The position numbers and the translations under genes are program-made. This document shows positions 18,606-28,142 of a DNA stretch of 64,000 nucleotides, piece by piece. The stretch lies in NCBI GenBank assembly GCA_965262725.1, contig OZ253555.1, positions 2,848,001 through 2,912,000 of the forward strand, given 5' to 3'. This DNA is from Dehalococcoidia bacterium (GTDB lineage Bacteria > Chloroflexota > Dehalococcoidia > UBA2979). The stretch's first letter is position 1; each line of letters starts with the position of its first letter. The notes beneath the pieces were generated by a model. That model was not told where the DNA came from and ran no database searches. It was given only the letters and a program-made list of their open reading frames with translations.

Positions 18606-19475
18606 ATGGCAGAACCGCCGGACGCGTTCGTGCGGGCGGTGATCGCCGACACCCTGCCGACGTACGGCTTCTCTCCGCGTTTCATGGCCGCGTGGTTTGC
18701 GACGCTGCCGCTGGGACGGCCCCGCAACCTCGGCGCCGAGGGGGAGCGACTCTTCGCGCGACGTGCGCCCGCCCCCATCGCCCTCGGCACCGATCACATA
18801 CCGCCTGCGGGGACGCCGTTCGTCCTCGCGATGAACCACTACGAGCGTCCGGGGCTCAACGTCTGGTGGGCGGCGATGTGGGTCTCCGTGATCCTCTGGC
18901 GCGCCCGCGGCGAGCAGCCGTCCGTGCGCTGGCTGATCGCGGACCAGATACGCGGCTACCGCGTCGGACCCCTGCGCATCCCCGACGCGGCGATGAGGTG
19001 GATGGTCGGTCGCGTCGCGCGCCGCTACGGTGCGCTGCGGGTGCCACGCGACGGAGACGCGGGGAGCGGGCGGGCGCAGGCGCTTCGGCGCGCGAGCTCG
19101 GCGCTGAGGGGCGCGGGCGGGCGTCCTGTCGGCATCACGCCGGAGGCCGGCCGCGGCGGGGAACGAGTGCTCGTGGCCGCGGAGCCCAACGCGGGAATGG
19201 CGATCGCGTGGCTGACCCGCCGCGGCGCGCCGATCCTCCCGGTCGGTGTCTTCGAGACACCAGCGCCCGGGGGCGGGGTCGACGGCACCGGGCCAGCGGC
19301 GCTCACCGCGTGTATCGGCGCGCCGCTCTCGCTCCCCTGGAGCGGCTCCGCCGGGGGCCGCGCGGAGCGGGAGGCGCTCGGTGAGACGGTGATGCGCGCG
19401 ATCGCGGCGCAGCTCCCGACCGTGCTGCGCGGGCCCTACGGTGGGGAGCCCCCGGGCAGAGACGAGGCCGGATGA
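18606..19475 (+). CDS. PlsC-like lysophospholipid acyltransferase family protein
   Basis: ALGTDHIP, FVLAMNHY, GITPEAG, APILPVGV, IGAP, MRAIAAQLP-LRGPY. Confidence 0.75.
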   Translation: MAEPPDAFVRAVIADTLPTYGFSPRFMAAWFATLPLGRPRNLGAEGERLFARRAPAPIALGTDHIPPAGTPFVLAMNHYERPGLNVWWAAMWVSVILWRARGEQPSVRWLIADQIRGYRVGPLRIPDAAMRWMVGRVARRYGALRVPRDGDAGSGRAQALRRASSALRGAGGRPVGITPEAGRGGERVLVAAEPNAGMAIAWLTRRGAPILPVGVFETPAPGGGVDGTGPAALTACIGAPLSLPWSGSAGGRAEREALGETVMRAIAAQLPTVLRGPYGGEPPGRDEAG

Positions 19476-20878
19476 GCGCGAGTGCCGGTGCGGCAGGGCA
19501 GGCGCCGGGTCTCCCGCTGCGGGTGCGGGTGTTCTACTCCTCGGCGAGCATCGCCGGGAACGCACTCTCGCAGGGGTGGGCGCTCTGGCTCATCTACTTC
19601 TACGCCCCACCGGGCGACGCGGACATCCCTGTGCGGATCCCCGAGCTCGGGGGGCTCGATCCGCGGGTGGTGCTCGGGATCACTCTCACGCTCGCGCGCG
19701 TGCTGGAGGCCCTGGACGATCCGCTCATCGCCTACTGGACGGACCGCACGCGCTCGCGCTGGGGCCGCCGAATCCCCTTCGTGCTCTTCGGCACGCCGTG
19801 GTGGTGCCTGCTCTTCGTGCTGATCTTCACACCTCCTGTCGAGGGCTCGAGCATGGCGAACGTCGTCTACATCTTCGTGGTCGCCCAGCTCTACTTCCTG
19901 CTCAACAACGTCGCCGGATCCGCGATGGAGGCGCTCTTGCCGCATATAGCGAGGCGCACCGCCGACCGCGTCTCGGTGGCGGCGCTGCAGGTGGTCTTCG
20001 GCGTCGGGGGCGCCGCCATCGGGCTCTCCCTCAGCTCGCTGCTCGTCGACCTTTTTGGCTTCGTCGGGATGGCCACGGTGATCGCCTCCATCGCCCTCAC
20101 GACCCGCTACGTGGCACTGGCCGGCAGCTGGCGCCACGCCGCCACCGACGCCACCCCCGCGCACCCCGGCGTGATGCGCGCCCTGCGCGCGACCTTCACG
20201 AACCGGAACTTCCTCGCCTACCTGCCGAGCTTCGTCACCTTCCAGGTGGGCGTGCAGATGCTCACGGCGCTTCTCCCCTTCTTCGTCGCGGCGGTGCTCG
20301 GCGAGTCCAAGTTGTTGGGGCTGACGGGGAGCGACAACGAGGGGACGTTCATCTTCCTGCTCACGGTCATGGTGATCAGCGGCGCTCTCGCGGCCGTGCC
20401 ACTCTTCGCCGCCGTCGCCAGACGCCGGGGAACGGCGACCACCTACCGGGCGGCAATGCTCGGGGCCGCTGCCTACTTCCCGCTGCTCTTCTTCGCGGGC
20501 TACGTGCCGGGGATCCCCGCGCTCCATCAGTCCTTGGTGGCGATCGGCCTAGCCGGCGTGCCGATGGCCGGCGTCTTCCTCTTCCCCAACATCATCACGG
20601 CCGACATCGCCGACGAGTCGGCGTTGAGCACCGGGACGCGGCGCGAGGCGATGTTCTACGGCTCGCAGAACATGGTCGAGAAGTTCGCGATCTCGCTCGC
20701 GCCGCTGATCTTCTCGCTCGTGCTGCTCGCCGGGGACTCGGCCGCCAATCCGCTCGGCGTGCGGCTTGTCGGGCCGATCGCCGGCCTGCTGGTGCTCGCC
20801 GGATACATCTCCTTCCGCTCCTACGAACTCGCGCCGCCCGACGATCCATCAGTGGAGGCACACACCGGCGGCCGGTGA
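19472..20878 (+). CDS. MFS transporter, GPH/MelB (MFS_2) family
   Basis: EALDDPLIAYWTDRTRSRWGRRIPF, ADIADE...TGTRREAMFYG; ATGA overlap with upstream gene. Confidence 0.9.
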   Translation: MSASAGAAGQAPGLPLRVRVFYSSASIAGNALSQGWALWLIYFYAPPGDADIPVRIPELGGLDPRVVLGITLTLARVLEALDDPLIAYWTDRTRSRWGRRIPFVLFGTPWWCLLFVLIFTPPVEGSSMANVVYIFVVAQLYFLLNNVAGSAMEALLPHIARRTADRVSVAALQVVFGVGGAAIGLSLSSLLVDLFGFVGMATVIASIALTTRYVALAGSWRHAATDATPAHPGVMRALRATFTNRNFLAYLPSFVTFQVGVQMLTALLPFFVAAVLGESKLLGLTGSDNEGTFIFLLTVMVISGALAAVPLFAAVARRRGTATTYRAAMLGAAAYFPLLFFAGYVPGIPALHQSLVAIGLAGVPMAGVFLFPNIITADIADESALSTGTRREAMFYGSQNMVEKFAISLAPLIFSLVLLAGDSAANPLGVRLVGPIAGLLVLAGYISFRSYELAPPDDPSVEAHTGGR

Positions 20879-21035
20879 GCGGGATCCTCACCCTGCGCCG
20901 GGCGACCACGCCCCCCCACGCCGCCATGGGCTCGACTCGGGCCGTGAGGCGGCCTGAGGTCGCGTCCCCTAGAATGCGCCTGAGGCGGGCCGCCCGAGAC
21001 GGGCGCCGCTACCGAGGCTCACGTCGGGAGGCACG

Positions 21036-21632
21036 ATGACAAGCGGCGCGACGGCGGTCCTGACCACGCTCACGGCCCGCGGCCAGCAGATCGCCCTGCG
21101 CTACATGAGTGCCGCCGACCGCGACGCGCTGCTCCGCTTTGCGCGCTCCCTGCCGACGCACGATCTTCTCTTCCTCAGACGCGACATCACTAAGGGAGAC
21201 GAGATCGACGCCTGGATCGCCGACATCAAGCGGGGAGAGGTGAGCACGATTGTCGCCGTCGACGACGGGGGATCCATGGTCGGCTACGCCGCCGTCGCTC
21301 GGAACGACCTGCGCTGGATGCGGCACGTCGCCGAGCTGCGCGTCCTCGTTGGGGAAGGGGCTCGCGGCTCCGGCGTGGGGCGGGCGCTCACCCAGGAGGC
21401 CTTCCGCGTCGCGGCCGATACCGGCGTGCGCAAGATGATCGCGCGCATGACCCTCGATCAGCCTGCCGCCATCCACGTCTTCCGGCGTCTTGGTTTCCGC
21501 TCCGTGGCACTGCTGCCCGATCACGTCGTCGACCCGTCGGGAAACAGCTACGACCTCGTGATGATGGAACAGGACGTCGCAAGCTACGAGGCCATGCTGC
21601 AGGAGTTGGACCACCCGCCAAGCGCGCGCTAG
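21036..21632 (+). CDS. GNAT family N-acetyltransferase
   Basis: RHVAELRVLV, RGSGVGRAL, AIHVFRRLGF; GGGAGG RBS; TAGAAT -10 near 20970. Confidence 0.88.
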   Translation: MTSGATAVLTTLTARGQQIALRYMSAADRDALLRFARSLPTHDLLFLRRDITKGDEIDAWIADIKRGEVSTIVAVDDGGSMVGYAAVARNDLRWMRHVAELRVLVGEGARGSGVGRALTQEAFRVAADTGVRKMIARMTLDQPAAIHVFRRLGFRSVALLPDHVVDPSGNSYDLVMMEQDVASYEAMLQELDHPPSAR

Positions 21633-21676
21633 ACCCAACGCCGGGGCACCGCCGCCGACCGCGCCGAGAGCGACGG

Positions 21677-22876
21677 CTACCCCGGCGTGTTGTCGTAGCC
21701 CGCTGTGATCGGAGCGTCCACTCGCTGTCCGGCCGTCCCTCCCGGGGCGTAGCGCTCGACGATCTCCCGGAACTCGTCCCTCGCCGCCGCCGCGGGGAGC
21801 GCCGCCGGCTGCCCCGGCAGCGACGCGACGTGAAGCGTCTGGGTCGGGAAAGCGAACTCCACCCCCAGATCCTCCGCCAGCCGCATGATGTCGAGGTTGA
21901 TCACGTGCCTCGTGCGCAGCTCGTCGTTCCAGCTCGAGGCATCGATGAAGCAGTAGACGAGGATGTCGAGCGACGCCGCCCCGAAACCGTGGAACTCGAC
22001 GATGTAGTAGTCCTTGCGCATCTCGGGGTTCGCGCGGATCAGCGCGCGTATGCCCTCGACGAACGCCTGGACTCGGTCGGGCGTGGTGGCATAGCTCACG
22101 CCCAGCGTGGTCTTGTAGCGGCGCCACTGCCTCAGCCCCATGTTGTCGACGTGGGCATCGACGATCCGCGCGTTGGGCACGGTGACCACCGAGTTGTAGA
22201 AGGTGCGCACGCGCGACGACCGGAAGCCCACGTGCTCGACCGTCCCCTCGACGCTGCCGACCACCACCCAGTCGCCGACCTGGAACGGGCGGTCGGCGAG
22301 GATCGTGACGCCGCCGAGCAGGTTGCGGATCGAGTCCTGGGCGGCGAGGGCAATCGCAAGGCCGCCCAGGCCGAGCCCCGCCACCAGCGACGTCACGTTC
22401 ACGCCGAGGTTGCCGAGAACGAGCAGCACGCCGAAGAGCACGACGGCGGCCCTCAGGATCGTGCCCGCCAGGGGCACGATCTGGTCGTCCAGCCGGCTCT
22501 CCGTCGCGGCCGCGCGCCTCCGGAGCTCGTCGGTGAAGATATCGACGGCACGGAGGCCCACCAGCAGCAGCGCCCCCGCGGTGAGAAAACTCGCCGACTG
22601 CGCGACGATGCTCTCGACCGTGTCGTGGAAGCCCAGGGCCGGGAAGCCCAGCCGCGCCGTCATCGCGACGACGAGTGCCGTGATCGCCCGCCCCAGCCGT
22701 CCTCGCTCCCGCTCCCAGAACTCGGGGTCGACCTTCCCGGCGCGGCCTCGCAGATAGAGCTTGACGCTGTGGTGGATGAGGAAGTGCGCGAGGCCGGCGA
22801 CCACGATCAGGACGCCGAGCCCGATCCACTGACCGACCTCGACGCCGATGTAGGTGTCGGTGAACCAGTCCGGCAC
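21677..22876 (-). CDS. mscS: Small-conductance mechanosensitive channel family protein
   Basis: LVAGLGLGGLAIALAAQD, DRPFQVGDWV, GTVEHVGFRSS, VTVPN, GVEFAFPTQT. Confidence 0.92.
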   Translation of the reverse strand: MPDWFTDTYIGVEVGQWIGLGVLIVVAGLAHFLIHHSVKLYLRGRAGKVDPEFWERERGRLGRAITALVVAMTARLGFPALGFHDTVESIVAQSASFLTAGALLLVGLRAVDIFTDELRRRAAATESRLDDQIVPLAGTILRAAVVLFGVLLVLGNLGVNVTSLVAGLGLGGLAIALAAQDSIRNLLGGVTILADRPFQVGDWVVVGSVEGTVEHVGFRSSRVRTFYNSVVTVPNARIVDAHVDNMGLRQWRRYKTTLGVSYATTPDRVQAFVEGIRALIRANPEMRKDYYIVEFHGFGAASLDILVYCFIDASSWNDELRTRHVINLDIMRLAEDLGVEFAFPTQTLHVASLPGQPAALPAAAARDEFREIVERYAPGGTAGQRVDAPITAGYDNTPG

Positions 22877-23002
22877 GGCGACCTCCCGTGCGGTTAGCGT
22901 AACATCTAGTAAGGCGTATTAGCACCTGGTGGTACTAGGAGGGCGGCGGCAGGGCGCACCGGCCTCGCGGCGGCGGCCCCCGGCCGCCGGAGGATGCGGG
23001 CC

Positions 23003-24292
23003 CTACCTGATCGCTCGCAGCGAGCGCTGCGTGAGCGTCACGCCCAGCATGATGGCGAGCAGGGCAACCCCACCGGCCGTGAACAACGCTTCCAGCCCGA
23101 TCAGCTGCGCGAGCAATCCGGCGGGGACGCCGAGTGCGCCAGCGAGGCCATTCGCCACGATCAAGAGGCCCAGCACGCGACCGCGCAGCTGCGGTGGGAC
23201 CTCGGTCTGCGCGATCGCCATCCCGGTCACGCGCACCGTCTGGAAGGAGGCGCCGCAGACGATGCCGATCGCAAACGAGAGGGCCGCCACCCGGCTGAGG
23301 CTGAACACGATCAAGGACGCCGCCAGGAGGAGTCCGGCCGCAAGCAGCAGCCAGCCGCCCGGCAACCTGCGGCGCCGGAGGGCCAGCGCGCTCATGGCCG
23401 CAAGACCGCCACCGCCCCAGCAGAATTGCATGATGCCCCACCCGGTGGCGCCCACCCCCAGCACGTCGTCGAGCCACGCCGCCATGAGCACGCCCATGAT
23501 CGTGATCCCGATGCCGAGAGCGGCCCACGTTGTCAGGACGGTCCATCGCACCCCCGGGTGGTAGCCCAGATACCCGAGCCCGTCGCGGAGGTTGCGCAGG
23601 ACCGAGTCGCGCGCGGCGTAGGGATCCGCGGCACGCCCCCCGATCTTCATCGGGAAGACCGCGGCGAGGAGCCACACGTGCGTGGAGGCGGCGATCAGGT
23701 ACGTGGCGCCGAACCCGAGGTGGTCGATCGCCAGCCCGGTCACCGGCCCGGAGACGAGGAGGCTGATGGACCACGCAAGCTGGAAGATCGTCACCGCGCG
23801 CGTCACGAGCGGCGCCGGGACCGCCTCCGAGATGAGTGCCGTGCGCGTCGGGAGATCCTGAGCGTTGATCAGTCCGGTCACGGTGAAGAGCGCCAGCATC
23901 ACCGGCAACCACGCCCCGTCGCCGGTGCTCGCCCCCGGCAGGTAGAGCAGGATCCCCGTTCCGCCGACGAAGAGCAGTGCGGCGATGTGGGCCCCTATGA
24001 GCATCGTGCGGCGCGCGTAGCGATCGGCGAGCACGCCGCCGAACAGCACGTACGCGAGAAAGGCGACGCCACGGAGCGTGGCGAGGAGGCCGAGCAGCAC
24101 GAGCCGCTGCTCATCCGGCGCCGTGACGTTCACGTACCACGCCTGGACGATGAAGAGCATCGGCCCCCGGACGCCACCCGCGAGGTTGGTGATGCAGACC
24201 AGACGGAAGTCACGGTAGCCAAGCGGAGCCAGACGATCCTCCGGAAGCGCGGCGCGCGGAGGCGGCGGGGCGGTCGTATCCGGGCCACGCAT
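23003..24292 (-). CDS. MFS transporter (MFS_3/DHA3-like)
   Basis: YRDFRL, GGVLADRYARR, PTRTALI, VPPQLRGRVLG. Confidence 0.88.
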   Translation of the reverse strand: MRGPDTTAPPPPRAALPEDRLAPLGYRDFRLVCITNLAGGVRGPMLFIVQAWYVNVTAPDEQRLVLLGLLATLRGVAFLAYVLFGGVLADRYARRTMLIGAHIAALLFVGGTGILLYLPGASTGDGAWLPVMLALFTVTGLINAQDLPTRTALISEAVPAPLVTRAVTIFQLAWSISLLVSGPVTGLAIDHLGFGATYLIAASTHVWLLAAVFPMKIGGRAADPYAARDSVLRNLRDGLGYLGYHPGVRWTVLTTWAALGIGITIMGVLMAAWLDDVLGVGATGWGIMQFCWGGGGLAAMSALALRRRRLPGGWLLLAAGLLLAASLIVFSLSRVAALSFAIGIVCGASFQTVRVTGMAIAQTEVPPQLRGRVLGLLIVANGLAGALGVPAGLLAQLIGLEALFTAGGVALLAIMLGVTLTQRSLRAIR

Positions 24293-24507
24293 CGCGCAAT
24301 CGTAGCGCCCGCCCGCACAGGGAGAGGGGAGGCAGGTCGACCCGGCAGGGATCGAAGGCGCGGATGGCACGTGCCGACGACGGCGGAAGGACCACCGTGA
24401 GCAGACGACCACTCCCCGCGCGTATGCTCCACGATGTCCGCGCGCGGGCGGCCGAGAAGACCTCCGCCGTCCCAGCGGGCGGCGGAAGACCACGGATGGG
24501 AGCGGGC

Positions 24508-25296
24508 ATGCGCAAGGCATACGTCGACGGTCCCGGCGGGCAGATCCACTACCGCGAGGAGGGCGACGGCGAACCGCTGCTGCTGCTGCACCAGACGGCG
24601 AGCTCCAGCCAGCAGTTCCTCGCGGCGTTCCCCCATCTTGTCCGTGGGGGCCGGCGCGTGATCGCGATGGACACGCCGGGCTACGGGATGTCCGATCTCC
24701 CGCCGGGGGAGCCGAGCGTCGACGGCTACGTGGAGGCGGTCCTGGCGCTCCTCGACGCGCTCGGGATCGAGCACGCGGCGGTGCTCGGCCACCACACCGG
24801 CGCGACGGTCGCGCTCCACGTCGCGTGGGCGCACCCGGAACGCGTCGACCACCTGGTGCTGAACGGAACTCCCCTCTACACCGACGAGGAGCGGCCCCGG
24901 CTCCTCGAGCGACTCCCCACCGAGGCCCCGCCGATCGAGGAGGACGGCAGCCACCTGCTGGCGCCGTGGAAGAGGAGGATGCGGGTCACTGTCGGCTGGA
25001 CCAGACTCGACGTGATGCAACGCTGCGTGACGGAGATGCTGAGCGTGCGAGAACACGCCTGGTACGGCTACAGGGCGGTCTTCCCTTACCCGTTCGAGGC
25101 GAGGCTGCGCGAGGTCACCACGCCGACCCTGCTCCTGACCAACACCGGCGAGGACCTCTACCGCCACACGCTGCGGGCGCGCGACGCACGGCCCGACCTG
25201 CCATACGCCGAGCTTGAGGGCGGCACCCACGACATCGTCGACGAGCAGCCGGAGGCGTGGAGTGACGCCGTGCTCGACTTCCTGGGCCGCCCGTGA
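24508..25296 (+). CDS. Alpha/beta fold hydrolase (atypical GHHTG elbow)
   Basis: GQIHYREEGDGEPLLLLHQ, AMDTPGYGMSD, LGHHTGA, GGTHD. Confidence 0.88.
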   Translation: MRKAYVDGPGGQIHYREEGDGEPLLLLHQTASSSQQFLAAFPHLVRGGRRVIAMDTPGYGMSDLPPGEPSVDGYVEAVLALLDALGIEHAAVLGHHTGATVALHVAWAHPERVDHLVLNGTPLYTDEERPRLLERLPTEAPPIEEDGSHLLAPWKRRMRVTVGWTRLDVMQRCVTEMLSVREHAWYGYRAVFPYPFEARLREVTTPTLLLTNTGEDLYRHTLRARDARPDLPYAELEGGTHDIVDEQPEAWSDAVLDFLGRP

Positions 25297-26075
25297 GCGC
25301 CGGGCGGCCCGCCGAGCCGGGCGGCGCCGTCGCCATCTGGGTGAGCACCCCGGACGGCATCCGCTCCGAGTTCGAGCGCTGGCACAACGTGGAGCACACG
25401 GCTGACCGCGTCGGGCTCCCCGGCTACTGGCTCGGCCGCCGCTGGCGCGCGCTACCGGCGGCCTCCGCCGGAGAGCTCGCCGCGCCGACCGACTACCTCG
25501 CGCTCTACGAGGTGGACGACGCCGAGGTGCTCCGGCAAGCGGCCTACCTCGATCAGCTGAACGAGCCCACCGCGTGGAGCCGCCGGATGCTGGCCCCGAC
25601 GTTCGACGTGGAGCGGGCGATCTACGAGCTTGTTATGTCACATGGCGATGAGCCGGCGCTCGACGCCCCCTACCTCCTCGCCGTTCGCGTCAACCCGCCG
25701 CCGGGTCCGGATGGCGACGCGGAGCTGCTCGCCTGGTACCGCGAGGAGCACCTCCCGCGGCTCGGGGCGGTCGACGGGACGATACGGGGGCGCGTCTTCC
25801 GCCGCGTCGACGCCATCTCCGACATCCCGACCACAGAGAAGGAGATTCAGCGGACCCGCGTCACCGGTCAGCGCTTTCTCGCGCTCTACGAGCTCGCAGA
25901 CCCCGACGCTCCGAACTCGGAGGCGTGGCGCGACGCCTCGACGGGGACGCGAAGGAGCGCCGCCTTCCGGGAGCGGCTCCGGGACGTGGCGCGCGAACTC
26001 TACTGGCTCCAGTTCGCACGCCACGCGCCGTGGCGCATCCGGCGGCGGCCCGCGCCTCCTGACACCGGCGGCTGA
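25293..26075 (+). CDS. Tandem dimeric alpha-beta barrel protein (EthD/DUF4286-like)
   Basis: Two repeats of W-x3-EH...PG/DG...R...YLALYE/FLALYE; GTGA overlap with hydrolase. Confidence 0.75.
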   Translation: MSAGRPAEPGGAVAIWVSTPDGIRSEFERWHNVEHTADRVGLPGYWLGRRWRALPAASAGELAAPTDYLALYEVDDAEVLRQAAYLDQLNEPTAWSRRMLAPTFDVERAIYELVMSHGDEPALDAPYLLAVRVNPPPGPDGDAELLAWYREEHLPRLGAVDGTIRGRVFRRVDAISDIPTTEKEIQRTRVTGQRFLALYELADPDAPNSEAWRDASTGTRRSAAFRERLRDVARELYWLQFARHAPWRIRRRPAPPDTGG

Positions 26076-26204
26076 CCCGCCGCCCCGCCTCTCCCAGCGC
26101 TCAGGTTGCGCGAGCCCGGACCGCCTCGGCGACCGCTCCCGCGGCCAGCCAATTCGACGACCGGGGGAGCAGCGCCCGACAGCAGATCCGACGCGGGGCG
26201 CTCG

Positions 26205-26351
26205 TCACCCTCGGCCCTGCGCGGCCGCGACGACCATCACCGTGGCGTAGGCGATGATCGCGTTCAGCCCGAAGCGCTTGAACACGCCTTCCAATAGCTT
26301 TGCGACGATGATGACCAGACCGATCGAGAAGAGGGCGCCCTCGATTTCCAA
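26205..26351 (-). pseudogene. Truncated N-terminus of a cation:proton antiporter (48 codons)
   Basis: AGGAAGGA RBS then TTG; MEIEGALFSIGLVIIVAKLLEGVFKRFGLNAIIAYAT matches the CPA2/Kef N-terminal pattern, then drifts to TGA. Confidence 0.55.
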
Positions 26352-26503
26352 TGCGCCTGTCCTTCCTGAAGTCGGGCGGCGCGCGTGCGGTGGACCGTGA
26401 TGGTCAATCCGGCCAGCGGCCCGACCCCATCACCGGAGTCCACCGCGGGTCAGCGTCGCCCCCGCTTTCGGCCGCTCGGCCCAGCGCAATCACCCGCGGC
26501 CCG

Positions 26504-27100
26504 CTACTCGATGCGGATGCGCGCCCGCTCGATCTGAAGCGACTCGGTCGGCCTCCCGCTGCGCGTCCCGCGCTTCTCCAGTGCGCGCACGGTCTCCATC
26601 CCCGTCTCGACCTCGCCGAAAATCGTGTGCTTGTCGTCGAGCCACGCGGTCTCCACGAAGGTCAGGAAGAACTGACTTCCGTCCGTACCGGGTCCCGCGT
26701 TCGCCATCGAGAGCAGCCCCGGGCGGTCGTGCCTCACCGAGCGATCGAACTCGCCGTCGTACTGGTAGCCGGGGCCACGCGTCCCCGTGCCGGCAGGGCA
26801 GCCGCCCTGCGCCATGAAGCCGTCGATGATCCGGTGGAAGAGGAGCCCGTCGTAGAAGCCGAGCGCCGCCAGGTAGATGGTGCTCGAGACGTGCATCGGC
26901 GCGACCTCGGCGAGGAGCCGCACCGTGATCGGGCCGACGGTCGTCTCTAGGTCCCAGAGATAGCGCCGTTCCCGCTCGAAGCGCGCCTTGGGAGGCCGCG
27001 GCAACCGCAGGCGCCAGCCGTCTGTGTCGGTGTCGATCTCCTGCTTGGCGATGAAATCGTCGATCTCCTCGACGCCGCTCCGTCTCTCGCTCGCGCTCAC
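26504..27100 (-). CDS. Cyclophilin-type peptidyl-prolyl cis-trans isomerase
   Basis: GFYDGLLFHRIIDGFMAQGGCPAGTG, LSMANAGPGTDGSQFF, WLDDKHTIFGEV. Confidence 0.95.
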   Translation of the reverse strand: MSASERRSGVEEIDDFIAKQEIDTDTDGWRLRLPRPPKARFERERRYLWDLETTVGPITVRLLAEVAPMHVSSTIYLAALGFYDGLLFHRIIDGFMAQGGCPAGTGTRGPGYQYDGEFDRSVRHDRPGLLSMANAGPGTDGSQFFLTFVETAWLDDKHTIFGEVETGMETVRALEKRGTRSGRPTESLQIERARIRIE

Positions 27101-27184
27101 GCCGTCCCCTTTCCCTGGCACGCCGCCCTCCGTATCACGGCTGCGCACACTGGTGCGGCCCGTGGGGATCCCGGCGGCTGCCTC

Positions 27185-28135
27185 TCAGGCTGGTCCCGCG
27201 CAGCGTACCGCGCCCGGCGTCTCCTCCACGAGCGGCTCGAGGAACTCGAGCACGCCGCGAACGAACGCGGAGGGCTGCTCGCGGAAGCAGTAGTGCCCGG
27301 CTCGCTCAATGATCCTCATCTCCGACCGCGGCGTCCTGCGTCGGACGAGTCCCCAGAGCCGTTCGCCGCCACGAACCGGCGCCGAGGGATCCTGTGCGCC
27401 CCAGAGAATCAGCGTCGGCGCCGGCAGGCCCCGCTCGCGTATCGCCTGAAGCGCCTCGGTACGCGCACGATCGAGACTCGGCTGGAAGAGGGCGCCTCTC
27501 AGCTCTGCCATCTCCCTCCGCGCACGCACGACTTCCGGCCGCCGGGCGATCGCCACGAGGCGGTCCACAAAGTCGGTGGTGAGGTGGGCCGCCGACACCG
27601 ACTGCGCCTCCGGCTCGATGCGCACCGCCTCCGGGCCCGCCTCGCCCGGAGGCGGTGGTGGCAGCCGCGCATAGAACCGCTCCGAGCGCGGGTAGGAGAC
27701 ATCCTCGGGGGCGAGCGAACCGGCGTCGACGAGCGTCAGGGAGCGCGCGAGATCGGGGCGCGCGAGCGCCAGCCGCGCGACGAGCAGCGCGCCGCGCGAG
27801 TGGCCGACGAGGTGGGCGCCCGAGCCCACGACCTCATCCATGAAGCACTCGAGGTGACGTTCGCCCACCTCCCAGCGGTAGTCATCCGGCGCGGGCGGCG
27901 CCTCCGTATGGCCCTGACCCGGCCGGTCGGGCGCGACGACACGGAACCGCCGGGTGAGCGGCCCGAGCACCGTGTCCCACGAGTCAAGTGAGTACCACGA
28001 GCCGTACTGACCTCCGTGCACCAGCACGAGCGGCGGTGCGCCCGCCTCACCCGCCGCGTAGTAGCGCGTGGCGAGGCCGCCGATCTCGGCCTGGTGCAGG
28101 CGCCGCGGGTCGAGCTCGGGCTCGCGCGGCGACAC
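27185..28135 (-). CDS. Alpha/beta fold hydrolase
   Basis: LVLVHGG, APDRPGQG, LVGHSRGA, TLILWGAQD, AGHYCFREQP; start GTG 28135 inferred. Confidence 0.88.
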   Translation of the reverse strand: MSPREPELDPRRLHQAEIGGLATRYYAAGEAGAPPLVLVHGGQYGSWYSLDSWDTVLGPLTRRFRVVAPDRPGQGHTEAPPAPDDYRWEVGERHLECFMDEVVGSGAHLVGHSRGALLVARLALARPDLARSLTLVDAGSLAPEDVSYPRSERFYARLPPPPPGEAGPEAVRIEPEAQSVSAAHLTTDFVDRLVAIARRPEVVRARREMAELRGALFQPSLDRARTEALQAIRERGLPAPTLILWGAQDPSAPVRGGERLWGLVRRRTPRSEMRIIERAGHYCFREQPSAFVRGVLEFLEPLVEETPGAVRCAGPA

Positions 28136-28142
28136 GGGTGGC

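Noticed and set aside
22890-22940. AT-rich patch as a foreign insertion or operator
   Set aside because: It is explained as an extended -10 promoter (TGnTACGCT) of the mscS gene.
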